This document shows, in pieces, positions 40,243-49,899 of a stretch of 64,000 bases of DNA (position 1 is its first letter; each line of letters begins with the position of its first letter). This DNA is from Dehalococcoidia bacterium (GTDB taxonomy: Bacteria; Chloroflexota; Dehalococcoidia; Lucifugimonadales; Australimonadaceae), in assembly GCA_965220205.1 (NCBI GenBank), contig OZ244812.1, positions 1,223,588-1,287,587 on the forward strand, read 5' to 3'. The notes beneath the pieces were generated by a model. It was not told the DNA's origin. It made no database searches and was given only the letters and a program-made list of their open reading frames with translations. The translations under genes and the position numbers were made by a program.

Positions 40243-41025
40243 ATGAACCAACCGCCATTTGACCGCAAGGACTTGAGCGTCCCACCGCTGGACGGGCCCG
40301 AGTTCATTCAGCTCCTGCACGGCCAGCGCAACGAGATGTACCCCCAGCCTCCGGCGTTCTACGAAGCGCTCATCGAGGGGAGGCTGTCGCGCGAGGTCCT
40401 CGCGTTGTGGGTCAAGAACCAGTACTACTACTGGGGCTATGGCCTGACCTTCAGCACCGGCGCGATCGTGTGCAAGACCAACGAGCCCGCCCTCCGCAGG
40501 CTGATGATCCGCAAGAGCGTCCGCGTCGAGGGCAAGAACGTCGTCAACGACCTCAACCCCGAATGGGTGGGGCCCTCCTACGAGGAGCTGTGGCTGCAAT
40601 TCGGCGAGGGGCTAGGGATCGACCGTGAGGACGTCGTCTCCTTCCACCCGTACACCCGTTCCTACTTCGCCGTCTCGACGCTCTGCCTGCTGGCCCGTTG
40701 GTGGGAATGGAGCTGGCTGGACGGCATCGCCAGCTTCTATGCCGCCGACCTCCTCGGCAGGGACTACATACCGCAGGTCCACGACGCACTCAGGCAGGAC
40801 TACGGCGTTTCCAGTGACCACTTGGTCTTCTTCCCGGCCTTCCTCGAAGACGTTACGGAGTCGGTCCCTTGGGAGGAGGAGGCGCTCGCGGAGTGGGCCT
40901 GCACGACCGAGCGGCAACTCACCGCGGCAAGGGCGTTCCGCAATCGACTGGACATCGAACACCAGCTGCTTTTGCCCCTCCATCACGTCGCGACAGGCGA
41001 ACTGGACCCGCTCCAAGTGCCATAG
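40243..41025 (+). CDS. PqqC-like / heme-oxygenase-like fold protein
   Basis: LALWVKNQYYYWGY...ELWLQFGEGLGIDREDV...TRSYFAVSTL follows the PqqC pattern (NRYYYQ...WL.L.E.LG...TRFAV). The DHDG-equivalent is replaced by VEGK. Confidence 0.6.
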   Translation: MNQPPFDRKDLSVPPLDGPEFIQLLHGQRNEMYPQPPAFYEALIEGRLSREVLALWVKNQYYYWGYGLTFSTGAIVCKTNEPALRRLMIRKSVRVEGKNVVNDLNPEWVGPSYEELWLQFGEGLGIDREDVVSFHPYTRSYFAVSTLCLLARWWEWSWLDGIASFYAADLLGRDYIPQVHDALRQDYGVSSDHLVFFPAFLEDVTESVPWEEEALAEWACTTERQLTAARAFRNRLDIEHQLLLPLHHVATGELDPLQVP

Positions 41026-41095
41026 GGCTACGAGAGACCTCGGCGAGGAACGGACGGCGCCGCCAGTGGGCGGCAGGAACCGAAGGGAGCCCACC

Positions 41096-42346
41096 ATGAG
41101 TTACAACGGCCAGCTCGTCGTCGACATGGACTGCCACATCCGGGAGTACTGGGACCTAGACCGGACGTTCAAGGGATACGTGGACCCGGAGTACCGCGAC
41201 AAGTACGACCGGTTGAGCGCTGCTGTCCGCGCGAACCAGCGCCGGCCTGGGGACACTGGGTTCGTCAATGTTATCTGGCCCCGGTCTCCAGCGCGGCCGC
41301 TTGGACTATACGACCCGTTCGAGGCGGACGCGCCTGAATCGAGGGACCGGACCCGGACGGGCCGCAGCGTCGAGATCGACCCTGCGTGCAACTGGGACCC
41401 GACGATCCGCCTGCGAGACATGGATAGAGCGGGAATCGACGTTGGCGTGATGTTCGCAAGCCAGTCCGACGGCTTCTGCACACTGCGCGACGTTGGATTC
41501 GAGAGCGCGCTCCACCGAGCGTTCCACCGGTCTATGAGCGCCTATTGCGCGGAATCGGTCCGCCGGCTGCGATGGGTCGGGGCGCCGACCATGCGGAACG
41601 TCCCCGAGACCGTTGCGCAACTGCGGTATTGGACCGAGCACGACGAGAGCTTCGCGGGCATGTCGCTGCGGCGCGCATGCCCAGATGGACGCCAGCTCGA
41701 CAATCCCGACCTCCACCCTCTGTTTGAGGCCTCGCAGGAGCTGGATATGCCGATCTGGGTCCATGGCGTGCACGCCAACCCGCCGTTGACTCCGTGGCCG
41801 GAGGGCCCGAATCCCATCTACCACAGCTGGGGAGGGCAGTACGCGTTGGCTGCTCTCATCGGCGGCGGCGTCTTCGACCTGTTTCCGCAGTTGCGAATCG
41901 GGTTGTTCGAGAGTCTTGGCGACTGGATGCCGTGGTTCATCGGGAAGCTCGACGAGGCGTACAAGCCCGGTTCGGCGCAGACGCCCAGGCTCAAGCGGTC
42001 GCCCTCCGAGATCGTGGGGAGCGGGCAGTTCTTCTGCTCGCTCGAGGCCGACGAAGAGCACGCCGAGTACGCCGTACAGGCCATGGGCGAGGACCTCTAC
42101 GTGTTCACCACCGACTATCCGCACAGCGGCTGTCCGTGGCCGGACGGCGTCCCCATGATCACCGAGCGGAAGGGGCTCGCGGAGAGCGCCAAGGTAAAGT
42201 GGCTCGGCGAGAACGCCAAGCGTTTCATGCCAAGCTTGGCCGCCGTCGCGCCTGACCAACCGACGTCACTTTCGTCGGCAGTAGTGGGGAGGGGCAACAA
42301 GAGGGCCGCTTGGGCTCGCCCATTGTGGCGTCGAACAGGCTCCTAG
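41096..42346 (+). CDS. amidohydrolase-2 family metal-dependent hydrolase
   Basis: MSYNGQLVVDMDCHIREY N-terminus and FTTDYPHSG C-terminal motif. Confidence 0.8.
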   Translation: MSYNGQLVVDMDCHIREYWDLDRTFKGYVDPEYRDKYDRLSAAVRANQRRPGDTGFVNVIWPRSPARPLGLYDPFEADAPESRDRTRTGRSVEIDPACNWDPTIRLRDMDRAGIDVGVMFASQSDGFCTLRDVGFESALHRAFHRSMSAYCAESVRRLRWVGAPTMRNVPETVAQLRYWTEHDESFAGMSLRRACPDGRQLDNPDLHPLFEASQELDMPIWVHGVHANPPLTPWPEGPNPIYHSWGGQYALAALIGGGVFDLFPQLRIGLFESLGDWMPWFIGKLDEAYKPGSAQTPRLKRSPSEIVGSGQFFCSLEADEEHAEYAVQAMGEDLYVFTTDYPHSGCPWPDGVPMITERKGLAESAKVKWLGENAKRFMPSLAAVAPDQPTSLSSAVVGRGNKRAAWARPLWRRTGS

Positions 42347-42419
42347 CACTTGACAACGGGCAGCGCCAAGCGTAGGACAGGACGAAGCGTGGGGAAGGTA
42401 TCGGGCGAGGAGTGTCCAT

Positions 42420-43142
42420 ATGGCAACTGAGACTCAAAAGGGCTTGGTTCCCGGAGACGAATTTCTTGCCGAGCTGGAGGAGATTCGCGAGCAGGTCACC
42501 GAGGGCAACCTCATCAGGCAAAGGCCTCTGCCCAAGACCTACGAAGAGGCTGCCGCGATGCGGCGCGGCCGGGGAGGCGCCGAGAGTCTGCCCAAGCGGA
42601 ACTACGAGCGCTACCTGCGCGTCCCAGACGCCGCGACCCGACGCCTGCAGTTGCGCAAGACGATCGACGAGGCCGGGCAGGACATCTTCGGCGGCGAGGT
42701 TCCAGCCCACTCCGAGCTCGACCGCATCGTGTCGCGCGAGTTCGGCGTCACCGACGAGGAGATGGACCGCTCTGCGAAGAAGGACCCGTCCGCTGAGTCG
42801 CTGATCTGCAACGGGTGGGACATGTCGGTGCTGCGCGATGGCCCTTGGCCCTTCGGCATCGGGACTGCGCTCGTCGGGGAGGGCGAGAAGCTCAACCCCA
42901 AGCGGCGTGAGATGACGCTGCGTCACATGGCCGCCCTGGAGGAGCTATACGAGATGTGGGGCATGCCTCACGTGGACCGCGCTACGCTCAGGGACGACGT
43001 GCACGCCGAGGCCGACGTCGAGCACTCCAACCTCGACGCCGACACGATCCGGAACTTCATCAACACGCCCGAGCTGCAGGAAGCGTTCCGCAAGGCCTTC
43101 ATCCTCAGGATTCAGCAGATCCAGGATCCCTCGCGCATCTAG
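42420..43142 (+). CDS. hypothetical protein
   Basis: 240-aa acidic ORF located upstream of the ABC transporter genes. No recognised motif. Confidence 0.45.
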   Translation: MATETQKGLVPGDEFLAELEEIREQVTEGNLIRQRPLPKTYEEAAAMRRGRGGAESLPKRNYERYLRVPDAATRRLQLRKTIDEAGQDIFGGEVPAHSELDRIVSREFGVTDEEMDRSAKKDPSAESLICNGWDMSVLRDGPWPFGIGTALVGEGEKLNPKRREMTLRHMAALEELYEMWGMPHVDRATLRDDVHAEADVEHSNLDADTIRNFINTPELQEAFRKAFILRIQQIQDPSRI

Positions 43143-43246
43143 GGCTGGGCCGTTGGCCCGTGAGCGTCCGTTAGGGAGAAAACGCCACTCAACGCAGGCT
43201 TGTCGACCGGACCACGCGGCGCCACGAGCAAGCAAGGAGGCTGGGT

Positions 43247-44524
43247 ATGAGGCCGAGCAACCGAACGGGACGGCTAGTACTTGTGGCGGTTCTCGCCGTG
43301 ATGACGCTCTGGCTGGCGGCTGCGTGTGGCAGCGACCCTACGCCGACGCCCAGGCCAACGCCAACCCCGACGCCGGCGCCGGAGGCAACTCCAACCGTCG
43401 ACGCCGCCGCTCAGTTCCAAGCAGAGTGGGACGCGCTGATCGCAGTGGCCAAGGACGAAGGCAAACTCGTCATCGCCGCGGGGTCCTCGGGCGCATCGAA
43501 CCTGCGGCCGGTTTGGGACCAGTTCCAAGAGAAGTTCGACATCGAGGTCATCGTGTCGACGGGCAGATCCCAAGCGGTAACGGACAAGCTCATCGCAGAG
43601 CAGTCCGCCAACGTCTTCGACGTCGATCTCTTTATGATGGATATCCTGCGGGCAGGGCAGGTCCTCGACGCGGGCGGTCTTCTGCCGCTACCTCCGTTGT
43701 TCATCCACCCAGAGGTGCTGGACAAGTCGGCCTGGTACCGCGGCGATTGGCTGTTCGCGGACGCCCAGAAGCAGTACGTCTTCACGTATTCAGCGTCGGC
43801 GCAGACGAACAACATCGTGTCGGCCGGCTACAACACCAACCTGGTGACCGAAGACGACATCGCCCGTATCGAGACCGACCGCGACTTCATCGCTCCTTGG
43901 TTCGTGGAGAAGTTCAAGGGCTCGGTCGTGATGCGCCCACCTCCTCCCTACTCAGTCGGCGGCGGGGGGTACTACGTGACGCAAAGGCACCCCGACCTCG
44001 GTCCGGAGTTCCTCGAGAGCTTGATGACGGTGCTCGACGCCGATTGGCAGGAGAACACGCGGCTGGCGGCGGACGGAGTCGCTCAGGGCAAGTACGCGTG
44101 GGCTCTGAACGCTTCGGGTGTTGCCAGCGAGCTACGTGACATGGGCAGAGAAGGGCTGCCGGTGGCGCGCTTCCGTAAGGCGATGCCGATCACGCCCTAC
44201 CTATCGGGAGGGTCGTCGGCGAACCAGGTCGCGGCGCCCATTAACCCGCCGCACCCGAACGCCGCGCAGCTCGCGCTGAACTGGTTCCTCGCCCGAGAGG
44301 GCCAGACGCTCCGCAACGAGATCGGCCGCGCCAGCGAGGATGACTTCACCAGGCCGAGTCTCCGGGACGACGTCCCCGTCGGGAACTCCGACCCAGATAC
44401 TCGTAGACAGCCCGGCGTGGTCTATGAGCTCTGCATCGAGTGCGACCCGAGCGAGCAGGAGGCGGCGAAGGAAGCCTACCAGTTCGCCCAAGACGTCTAC
44501 GAGAAGCTGGTGGGCATCCAGTAG
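43247..44524 (+). CDS. ABC transporter substrate-binding lipoprotein (family 1, iron/polyamine-type)
   Basis: Lipobox LAAACGS followed by a Pro/Thr linker, with a periplasmic binding protein-like body. Confidence 0.8.
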   Translation: MRPSNRTGRLVLVAVLAVMTLWLAAACGSDPTPTPRPTPTPTPAPEATPTVDAAAQFQAEWDALIAVAKDEGKLVIAAGSSGASNLRPVWDQFQEKFDIEVIVSTGRSQAVTDKLIAEQSANVFDVDLFMMDILRAGQVLDAGGLLPLPPLFIHPEVLDKSAWYRGDWLFADAQKQYVFTYSASAQTNNIVSAGYNTNLVTEDDIARIETDRDFIAPWFVEKFKGSVVMRPPPPYSVGGGGYYVTQRHPDLGPEFLESLMTVLDADWQENTRLAADGVAQGKYAWALNASGVASELRDMGREGLPVARFRKAMPITPYLSGGSSANQVAAPINPPHPNAAQLALNWFLAREGQTLRNEIGRASEDDFTRPSLRDDVPVGNSDPDTRRQPGVVYELCIECDPSEQEAAKEAYQFAQDVYEKLVGIQ

Positions 44525-44648
44525 CGGCCCGCCGGCAAGGTCTCAGGACTGGCGCGAAGCGGCGGGTCATGGCAGCGCACATGGCGGACGTTCCGGCGCA
44601 TCGCAGGGATCCCGGCCGGGGCGCGCTCGGGTAAGAGGACCGGCAGCG

Positions 44649-46409
44649 ATGGCCAAGCAGAGTCCGGTGCAGAGCGTATGGCAGGGAGCGTACGCGCTGC
44701 GTGTGCGAATGCGCTCGGCGAAGGGCGAGCTCATCATGGCCGCCTTGGTGCCGGTGCTCGGCTTCTTCCTCATATATCCCATCCTGCTCATCCTGATACT
44801 GAGCTTCAATGAGTCTCAGTACATCTGGTTCGGTGAGCGCGTATGGGGGTTTGAGAACTGGCGATACGCCTGGGAGCAGCCCCGCATCTTCGAGGCCCTG
44901 GGCAACACAGTGATGATCTGGGCGCTGGTGGTAGGCATCAGTTTCCCCGTCGCCACAATCATTGCCTGGGGCCTGGCCCGGACCAACATCCCTTTCAGCC
45001 ACGGGTTCGAGGTCATGTTCTGGGTGTCGTTCATGATGCCCGGTCTCGCCACCACACTGGCGTGGATGACGCTGCTAGATCCCCGCATCGGTCTGATCAA
45101 CAAGGTCTTGGAGCTGTTGCCGTTCGTCCAAGAGGGGCCCTTCAACATCTTCAGCGTGCCCGGGATCGTCTGGGCGCACCTGATGGCGAACGGCATATCG
45201 ACGAAGGTGATGCTCCTCACTCCGGCGTTCCGCAACATGGACGCGACGATGGAGGAGGCGGCGCGCGTATCGGGCGCCAGCAACTTCGCAACGCTGGTCC
45301 GCGTGACGTTGCCCGTGATGGTCTCTCCGATGGTGCTCATCTTCTCGTTGCAGATGCTCCGGATATTCTCGGGGTTTGAGATCGAATTCCTCCTAGGCAT
45401 CCCCATCGGGTTCTACGTTTACTCCACGCTGATCGTCCAGATGATCCAGCAGAACGCGCCGCCACTCTACGGTCAAGCGACGGTCCTTGCGAGCCTGACA
45501 TTGCTCGCTGTCGCGGTCGTCATTCCCTTGCAACGTTGGGTCGTATCGAGGCGCCGTTACACGACGATTACGGGATCGTTCCGGCCCGGCCTGATTGACC
45601 TGCGTCAGTGGCGGTTCGTGGCTTTTGGCGGGATGACTGCGCTCATAGCCGGACTGACCGTGCTGCCCTTCCTGACGCTGGTCGTCGGCAGCTTCATGAA
45701 CCGCGCCGGTTACTTCAACATCAATCCTGTCTTCAGCCTCGAGCATTGGCGGTTCGTGCTGGCCGACAATCTGTTCTGGGTTGGGCTGCAGACGACGCTG
45801 ACGATCTCCGTAGTGGCGGCGTTCGGCAGCCCGCTGTTGTTCGTGCTGATCGCCTACATACTCGTCCGCACGCGTTGGCGAGGACGCGTCCTACTCGACT
45901 TCATCATCTGGGGGTCAGCGGCAATCCCAGGAGTACTTTCCGGCCTAGGCCTGTTGATGATCTTCCTCGGGACGCCCGGTTTGAGCTTCCTCTACGGCAG
46001 CATATGGGCGTTGATCATTGTCGTCGTGCTCGGCGGAAACACGACAGGGGTGAACCTCAGCAAGGGAGTAATCCTGCAGGTAGGAGCGGAGATCGAAGAG
46101 GCGGCTTTCGTCTCAGGGGCGGGATGGACGAGAACGTTCTTCCGAATCATGATCCCGATCCTGATGCCGACGCTCATCTTGCTCGCGATGATGAACTTCA
46201 CCTCAGCCGCCGGGGCGACCTCCACGGTGATCCTGCTCGCGTCGCGTGAAACGATGACGCTCTCGCTGGTGGCGCTCGAGTACGTGGCCGTGAGCCCGAG
46301 CCTCTACGAAGAGGCCAACATCATGGGCATATTCATGATGACGTTCACGACCGTGCTGGTGCTGCTCGCGCGGTGGCGGGGCCTGAAGATGAGCGTCCGT
46401 CACGGATAG
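44649..46409 (+). CDS. ABC transporter permease, fused two-domain (FbpB/ThiP-like)
   Basis: About 12 TM segments and two EAA-type loops (MEEAARVSGAS and IEEAAFVSGAG). Start MAKQSPVQ. Confidence 0.85.
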   Translation: MAKQSPVQSVWQGAYALRVRMRSAKGELIMAALVPVLGFFLIYPILLILILSFNESQYIWFGERVWGFENWRYAWEQPRIFEALGNTVMIWALVVGISFPVATIIAWGLARTNIPFSHGFEVMFWVSFMMPGLATTLAWMTLLDPRIGLINKVLELLPFVQEGPFNIFSVPGIVWAHLMANGISTKVMLLTPAFRNMDATMEEAARVSGASNFATLVRVTLPVMVSPMVLIFSLQMLRIFSGFEIEFLLGIPIGFYVYSTLIVQMIQQNAPPLYGQATVLASLTLLAVAVVIPLQRWVVSRRRYTTITGSFRPGLIDLRQWRFVAFGGMTALIAGLTVLPFLTLVVGSFMNRAGYFNINPVFSLEHWRFVLADNLFWVGLQTTLTISVVAAFGSPLLFVLIAYILVRTRWRGRVLLDFIIWGSAAIPGVLSGLGLLMIFLGTPGLSFLYGSIWALIIVVVLGGNTTGVNLSKGVILQVGAEIEEAAFVSGAGWTRTFFRIMIPILMPTLILLAMMNFTSAAGATSTVILLASRETMTLSLVALEYVAVSPSLYEEANIMGIFMMTFTTVLVLLARWRGLKMSVRHG

Positions 46410-46522
46410 GACGCCACTCAGCGCAGGCCCGTCGGGGGGCGCACACGAGACGCCAGGCTCGTCGTAAGCGGGCCGACGGGCCGCCCCTCGGCGGTCGGCG
46501 GCGGCAGGGCCGCCTGGCTCGC

Positions 46523-48634
46523 CTACTTCACCACGCTATTGCGCATCGTTAGGTAGTCGGCGACTACGTAGTCTCCCAGCTGGTCGGGCGATGCGATGAA
46601 CGCCCGCCCCCGGTTGATCTTCGACATCGTCTTGACGAAGTCCAGCAGGGCCGGGTCGTGGTCGAGCATGAACGTGTTGATGGTGATGCCGTCGCGCGTG
46701 CAGCGAACGACCTCGCGCAACGTTTCCTCGACAACGCCGCTGCGACGCCGACGCCGTCCCCACAGCATATCCAGAGGGTTCTCCTCGAACCCGGTCTGCC
46801 AGTCGCCGGGCGGAGGCGTGTAGGTCGTCGGGTGACCGTCGGTGATCAGGACGATCTGCTTCGTGGTCCCGCCCTCCCGCTGCAGGTGCTGACGGGCGTA
46901 GCGCAGCACCTCTTGCAGGTTCGTGCCGCCGCCGTACTCGATCCAGTGCGTGTCGAGCAGCATCTTCGGGTCGAGCGGGAGCACGAAATAGGAGAACGCG
47001 AGAACGGTGACGTTGTCCTTCGGATACTTGGTGCGGATGAGCGTATCGAGCGCCAGGCCCACGCGCTGGCCGGCCTGGAAGTAACCCGACCACATCATCG
47101 AGTAGCTCATGTCCAGCGCGATGACCGTCGAAGACTTGGTCAAGCTAACGGTATGATTGATCTCGAAGTCCTGGGGCGTGATGCGGACGGGCGTGCCCGG
47201 CCCCTGCCGGATGACGGCGTTCGCGACCGTCTTCTGTGTGTTGAGATGGAACGGATCGCCGAACACCCACGGCTTGGTCTCGTCCATCATCTCGATGCCG
47301 ATGCCGCTCTTTTCCTGGTCGTGGTCGCCCAGCTTGCCGGCCTGCATCTTCCTGAAGATATTCTCGAGCGCCCGCTCCCCGATCCTCCGTATCGCCTTGG
47401 GCGTGAGCTCCATTCCGCGCCCGTCGCGGGTGATGAAGCCCGCGTCCTCTAGCTCCTTGATGAGCCGCTTCAACTCTTGAGCATAGGCCCGCGACTCCTC
47501 GCCCAGGAGCCGCCCGATCTGCTCCTCGTCGAGGTGCGACGGATCGTTGCTGCGGATCGCCTGGCGCAATTGCTCCTCGGTCTCGTCCATACTGCTGAGG
47601 TCGCCCATGAGGCGCAGCGCCTCCTGGAGGGACAGCGGCTCGTCGCCCGTGAGCGAGAAGCGCGAGTTGTCGAACGCCTCGGGATTGAGCCGAGCCATGT
47701 TGTAGGACAACTCGAACAGGTCCCACTGGAGACGGTTGTCCCGGAGCAGGGCGTCCATCATGTCCTGCAACTCGTTGCGCTGCTCGCTCGACATGGAGTT
47801 GAGCAGCGTCTGCATCTGGGACATCTGCCGTTCCATGTACTCCCGGAGCTGATCGAACGTCTCGATGCCCGGCGGGAAGAACTCGCCCCACTTCCGCATG
47901 AAGTCCGAGATGTCGGGGTCCTCGCCGTTGAGCGCCCGCTTGGTCAGCTCGTTGAGGTCCCGGACCATCTCCTGGACCCGCCGGAGGTCCTCCTCGGTCA
48001 TGTTCTGGATGCCCTGCTGGATCCCCTGGAAGTAGTTTTGCAGCACCTGCTTCTGCAACTCGTCAAGCAGTTCGTCGAACTTGCGCCGCGCCTCCGGATC
48101 CATGAAATCGTAGTCGCGGAGCTGCTGCACACGCCCGCCCGCATCCGGCGGGAGCGCGTTGAGCTGACTGAGGCGGCGGTCGGCCATCCCGCGGAGCAGT
48201 TCCCGCATCTCCGGGGGCACTCCGGCCCCGCCGCCCTGTGGCGCGCCTTCCGCCGACGGCTGCGCGCCGGGTTGCCCGGCCTCGCCGCCGGCCTCGTCGC
48301 CATCCGGGGCCAGTTCGTCGAGCCGGCCCTGGATGCCTGAGCGCTCGGTGTCGATGATGTCGTCGAGCCGCTGTTGGATATCGTCCATCATCGAGGAGAG
48401 GTTGTAGCGGTCCAGGCTGCGCTGCCGCTGCTCCCTGAGGCGGTCCATCAGCTCGCGCATGCCCATCATCCGGCGCCCGTTCGGGAGCTGCGTCCCGCGC
48501 TCCATCAGCCGCCGCATCGCCGAGCGAAGGCTGTCTCCATCCAGTATCTGGTCCGACAGACGATCGATGAGCTCCTGCGAGGAGAGCTCCTCCTCCTGGC
48601 TGCCGTCCCAACGCGAGTAGCGGTACAGCGTCAT
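46523..48634 (-). CDS. von Willebrand factor A domain protein
   Basis: Start MTLYRYSRWDGSQ. The C-terminal MIDAS-type motif is VIALDMSYSM...LITDGHPT. Confidence 0.75.
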   Translation of the reverse strand: MTLYRYSRWDGSQEEELSSQELIDRLSDQILDGDSLRSAMRRLMERGTQLPNGRRMMGMRELMDRLREQRQRSLDRYNLSSMMDDIQQRLDDIIDTERSGIQGRLDELAPDGDEAGGEAGQPGAQPSAEGAPQGGGAGVPPEMRELLRGMADRRLSQLNALPPDAGGRVQQLRDYDFMDPEARRKFDELLDELQKQVLQNYFQGIQQGIQNMTEEDLRRVQEMVRDLNELTKRALNGEDPDISDFMRKWGEFFPPGIETFDQLREYMERQMSQMQTLLNSMSSEQRNELQDMMDALLRDNRLQWDLFELSYNMARLNPEAFDNSRFSLTGDEPLSLQEALRLMGDLSSMDETEEQLRQAIRSNDPSHLDEEQIGRLLGEESRAYAQELKRLIKELEDAGFITRDGRGMELTPKAIRRIGERALENIFRKMQAGKLGDHDQEKSGIGIEMMDETKPWVFGDPFHLNTQKTVANAVIRQGPGTPVRITPQDFEINHTVSLTKSSTVIALDMSYSMMWSGYFQAGQRVGLALDTLIRTKYPKDNVTVLAFSYFVLPLDPKMLLDTHWIEYGGGTNLQEVLRYARQHLQREGGTTKQIVLITDGHPTTYTPPPGDWQTGFEENPLDMLWGRRRRRSGVVEETLREVVRCTRDGITINTFMLDHDPALLDFVKTMSKINRGRAFIASPDQLGDYVVADYLTMRNSVVK

Positions 48635-48831
48635 AGCGCCTCCAAGCCGGCGACGGCCGACTCCGGCAAGGGTACTCTTATTGCGGCGTCCCGTCAGCGT
48701 CGGCTCCAACGCCGGCACGATTCGCGCGCTGCGGCTTGCCCGCCGGGCCGGGCGTTGGGGTATCATCTACCCGCCAAGTACGTAGCGTTGATCGAAGGAA
48801 CGGCGAGGGTCTGACAGAGAGGAGGCAGGCA

Positions 48832-49875
48832 ATGACGAACGGCGCGCCAGCAAGCCGAGGCTACTTCGACGCGGACGGCCACGTGCTCGAGGCGGAGGCC
48901 GAAATTGCAGAGTTCATCGAGGAGCCGTTCTTCAGCGGGTCCAGGCGGGGCAACCTCCTCCCTGACTTCGACCGTTTCCACGGCCCGATATCCGCGGTGC
49001 TGAAGTCGCACCCGGGCACGTTCCTCCCAGCGCCAGCTGACCGCTGGCTCGAGTTCCTCGACATGACGGGAACCGACGGCACGGTGCTGTATCCCACGAG
49101 GGGACTGTTCTCCGGCAGGACGCTGTTCCCTCAGGTCGCCGTGGCTTACGCGAGGGCTTACAACAGCTGGCTTCACGAGAAATTCGTCAAGGTCAGCCCG
49201 CGGCTGCAAGCGGTTGGACTGCTGCCGATGCAAGACATCCCGGCGGCGGAGCAGGAGCTGCGCCGGTGCGTGAGCGAGCTCGGCATGGTGGGTGGGATGA
49301 TCCCCTCGAACGGCCTCGGCCGACACATTGCGGCCAAGGAGTTCTGGCCCGTCTACCGGGCCGCAGACGAGCTCGGCTGCGTGATCGCCGTCCACGGCGG
49401 GAACTACGACAACCTGGGCTTCGACACCATGGGCAGCATGCCCACCGCGCGCGCCCTCGGCATGCCTATCCCGCTCATGAACGGCCTGGCCGGCATGATG
49501 ATCGAGGGGCTGCTCGACGAGTTCCCCAAGCTGCGCATCGGGTTCATGGAGGGCGGAACCGCCTGGGTGCCGCTACTCCTAGATCGCATGACGCGCGAAG
49601 TCGAGTACAGCGGCATGCCGCTCAAACGCCTCCCTGTCGAGTACTTCCAAGACGACCGCCTGTTCGTGACCTGCGAGGGAAACGAGCAGACGCTCGCCTA
49701 CAGCATCGAACGCGTGGGTCCGCGCCCCTTCATGTTCGCGTCGGACTTCCCGCACGAGATCTCGATGGACAACGCCATGGAAGAGATCGACGAGATACGC
49801 GAGCGCGACGACATCCGCGAGGAGCACAAGATGATGATTCTCGGCGAGAACGCGCGGCGTTTCTACGCCCGCTAG
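48832..49875 (+). CDS. amidohydrolase-2 family metal-dependent hydrolase
   Basis: GYFDADGHVLE N-terminal motif, FASDFPHE C-terminal motif, and FPKLRIGFMEGGTAW as in the 1-377 fragment. Confidence 0.8.
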   Translation: MTNGAPASRGYFDADGHVLEAEAEIAEFIEEPFFSGSRRGNLLPDFDRFHGPISAVLKSHPGTFLPAPADRWLEFLDMTGTDGTVLYPTRGLFSGRTLFPQVAVAYARAYNSWLHEKFVKVSPRLQAVGLLPMQDIPAAEQELRRCVSELGMVGGMIPSNGLGRHIAAKEFWPVYRAADELGCVIAVHGGNYDNLGFDTMGSMPTARALGMPIPLMNGLAGMMIEGLLDEFPKLRIGFMEGGTAWVPLLLDRMTREVEYSGMPLKRLPVEYFQDDRLFVTCEGNEQTLAYSIERVGPRPFMFASDFPHEISMDNAMEEIDEIRERDDIREEHKMMILGENARRFYAR

Positions 49876-49899
49876 GCGACTGCGAACGGCGAATAACGC

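Noticed and set aside
42350-42378. TTGACA-17 nt-TAGGAC considered as a promoter for the 42420 ORF
   Set aside because: The -10 hexamer is weak, the promoter consensus of this organism is unknown, and there is no supporting evidence from sequence alone.
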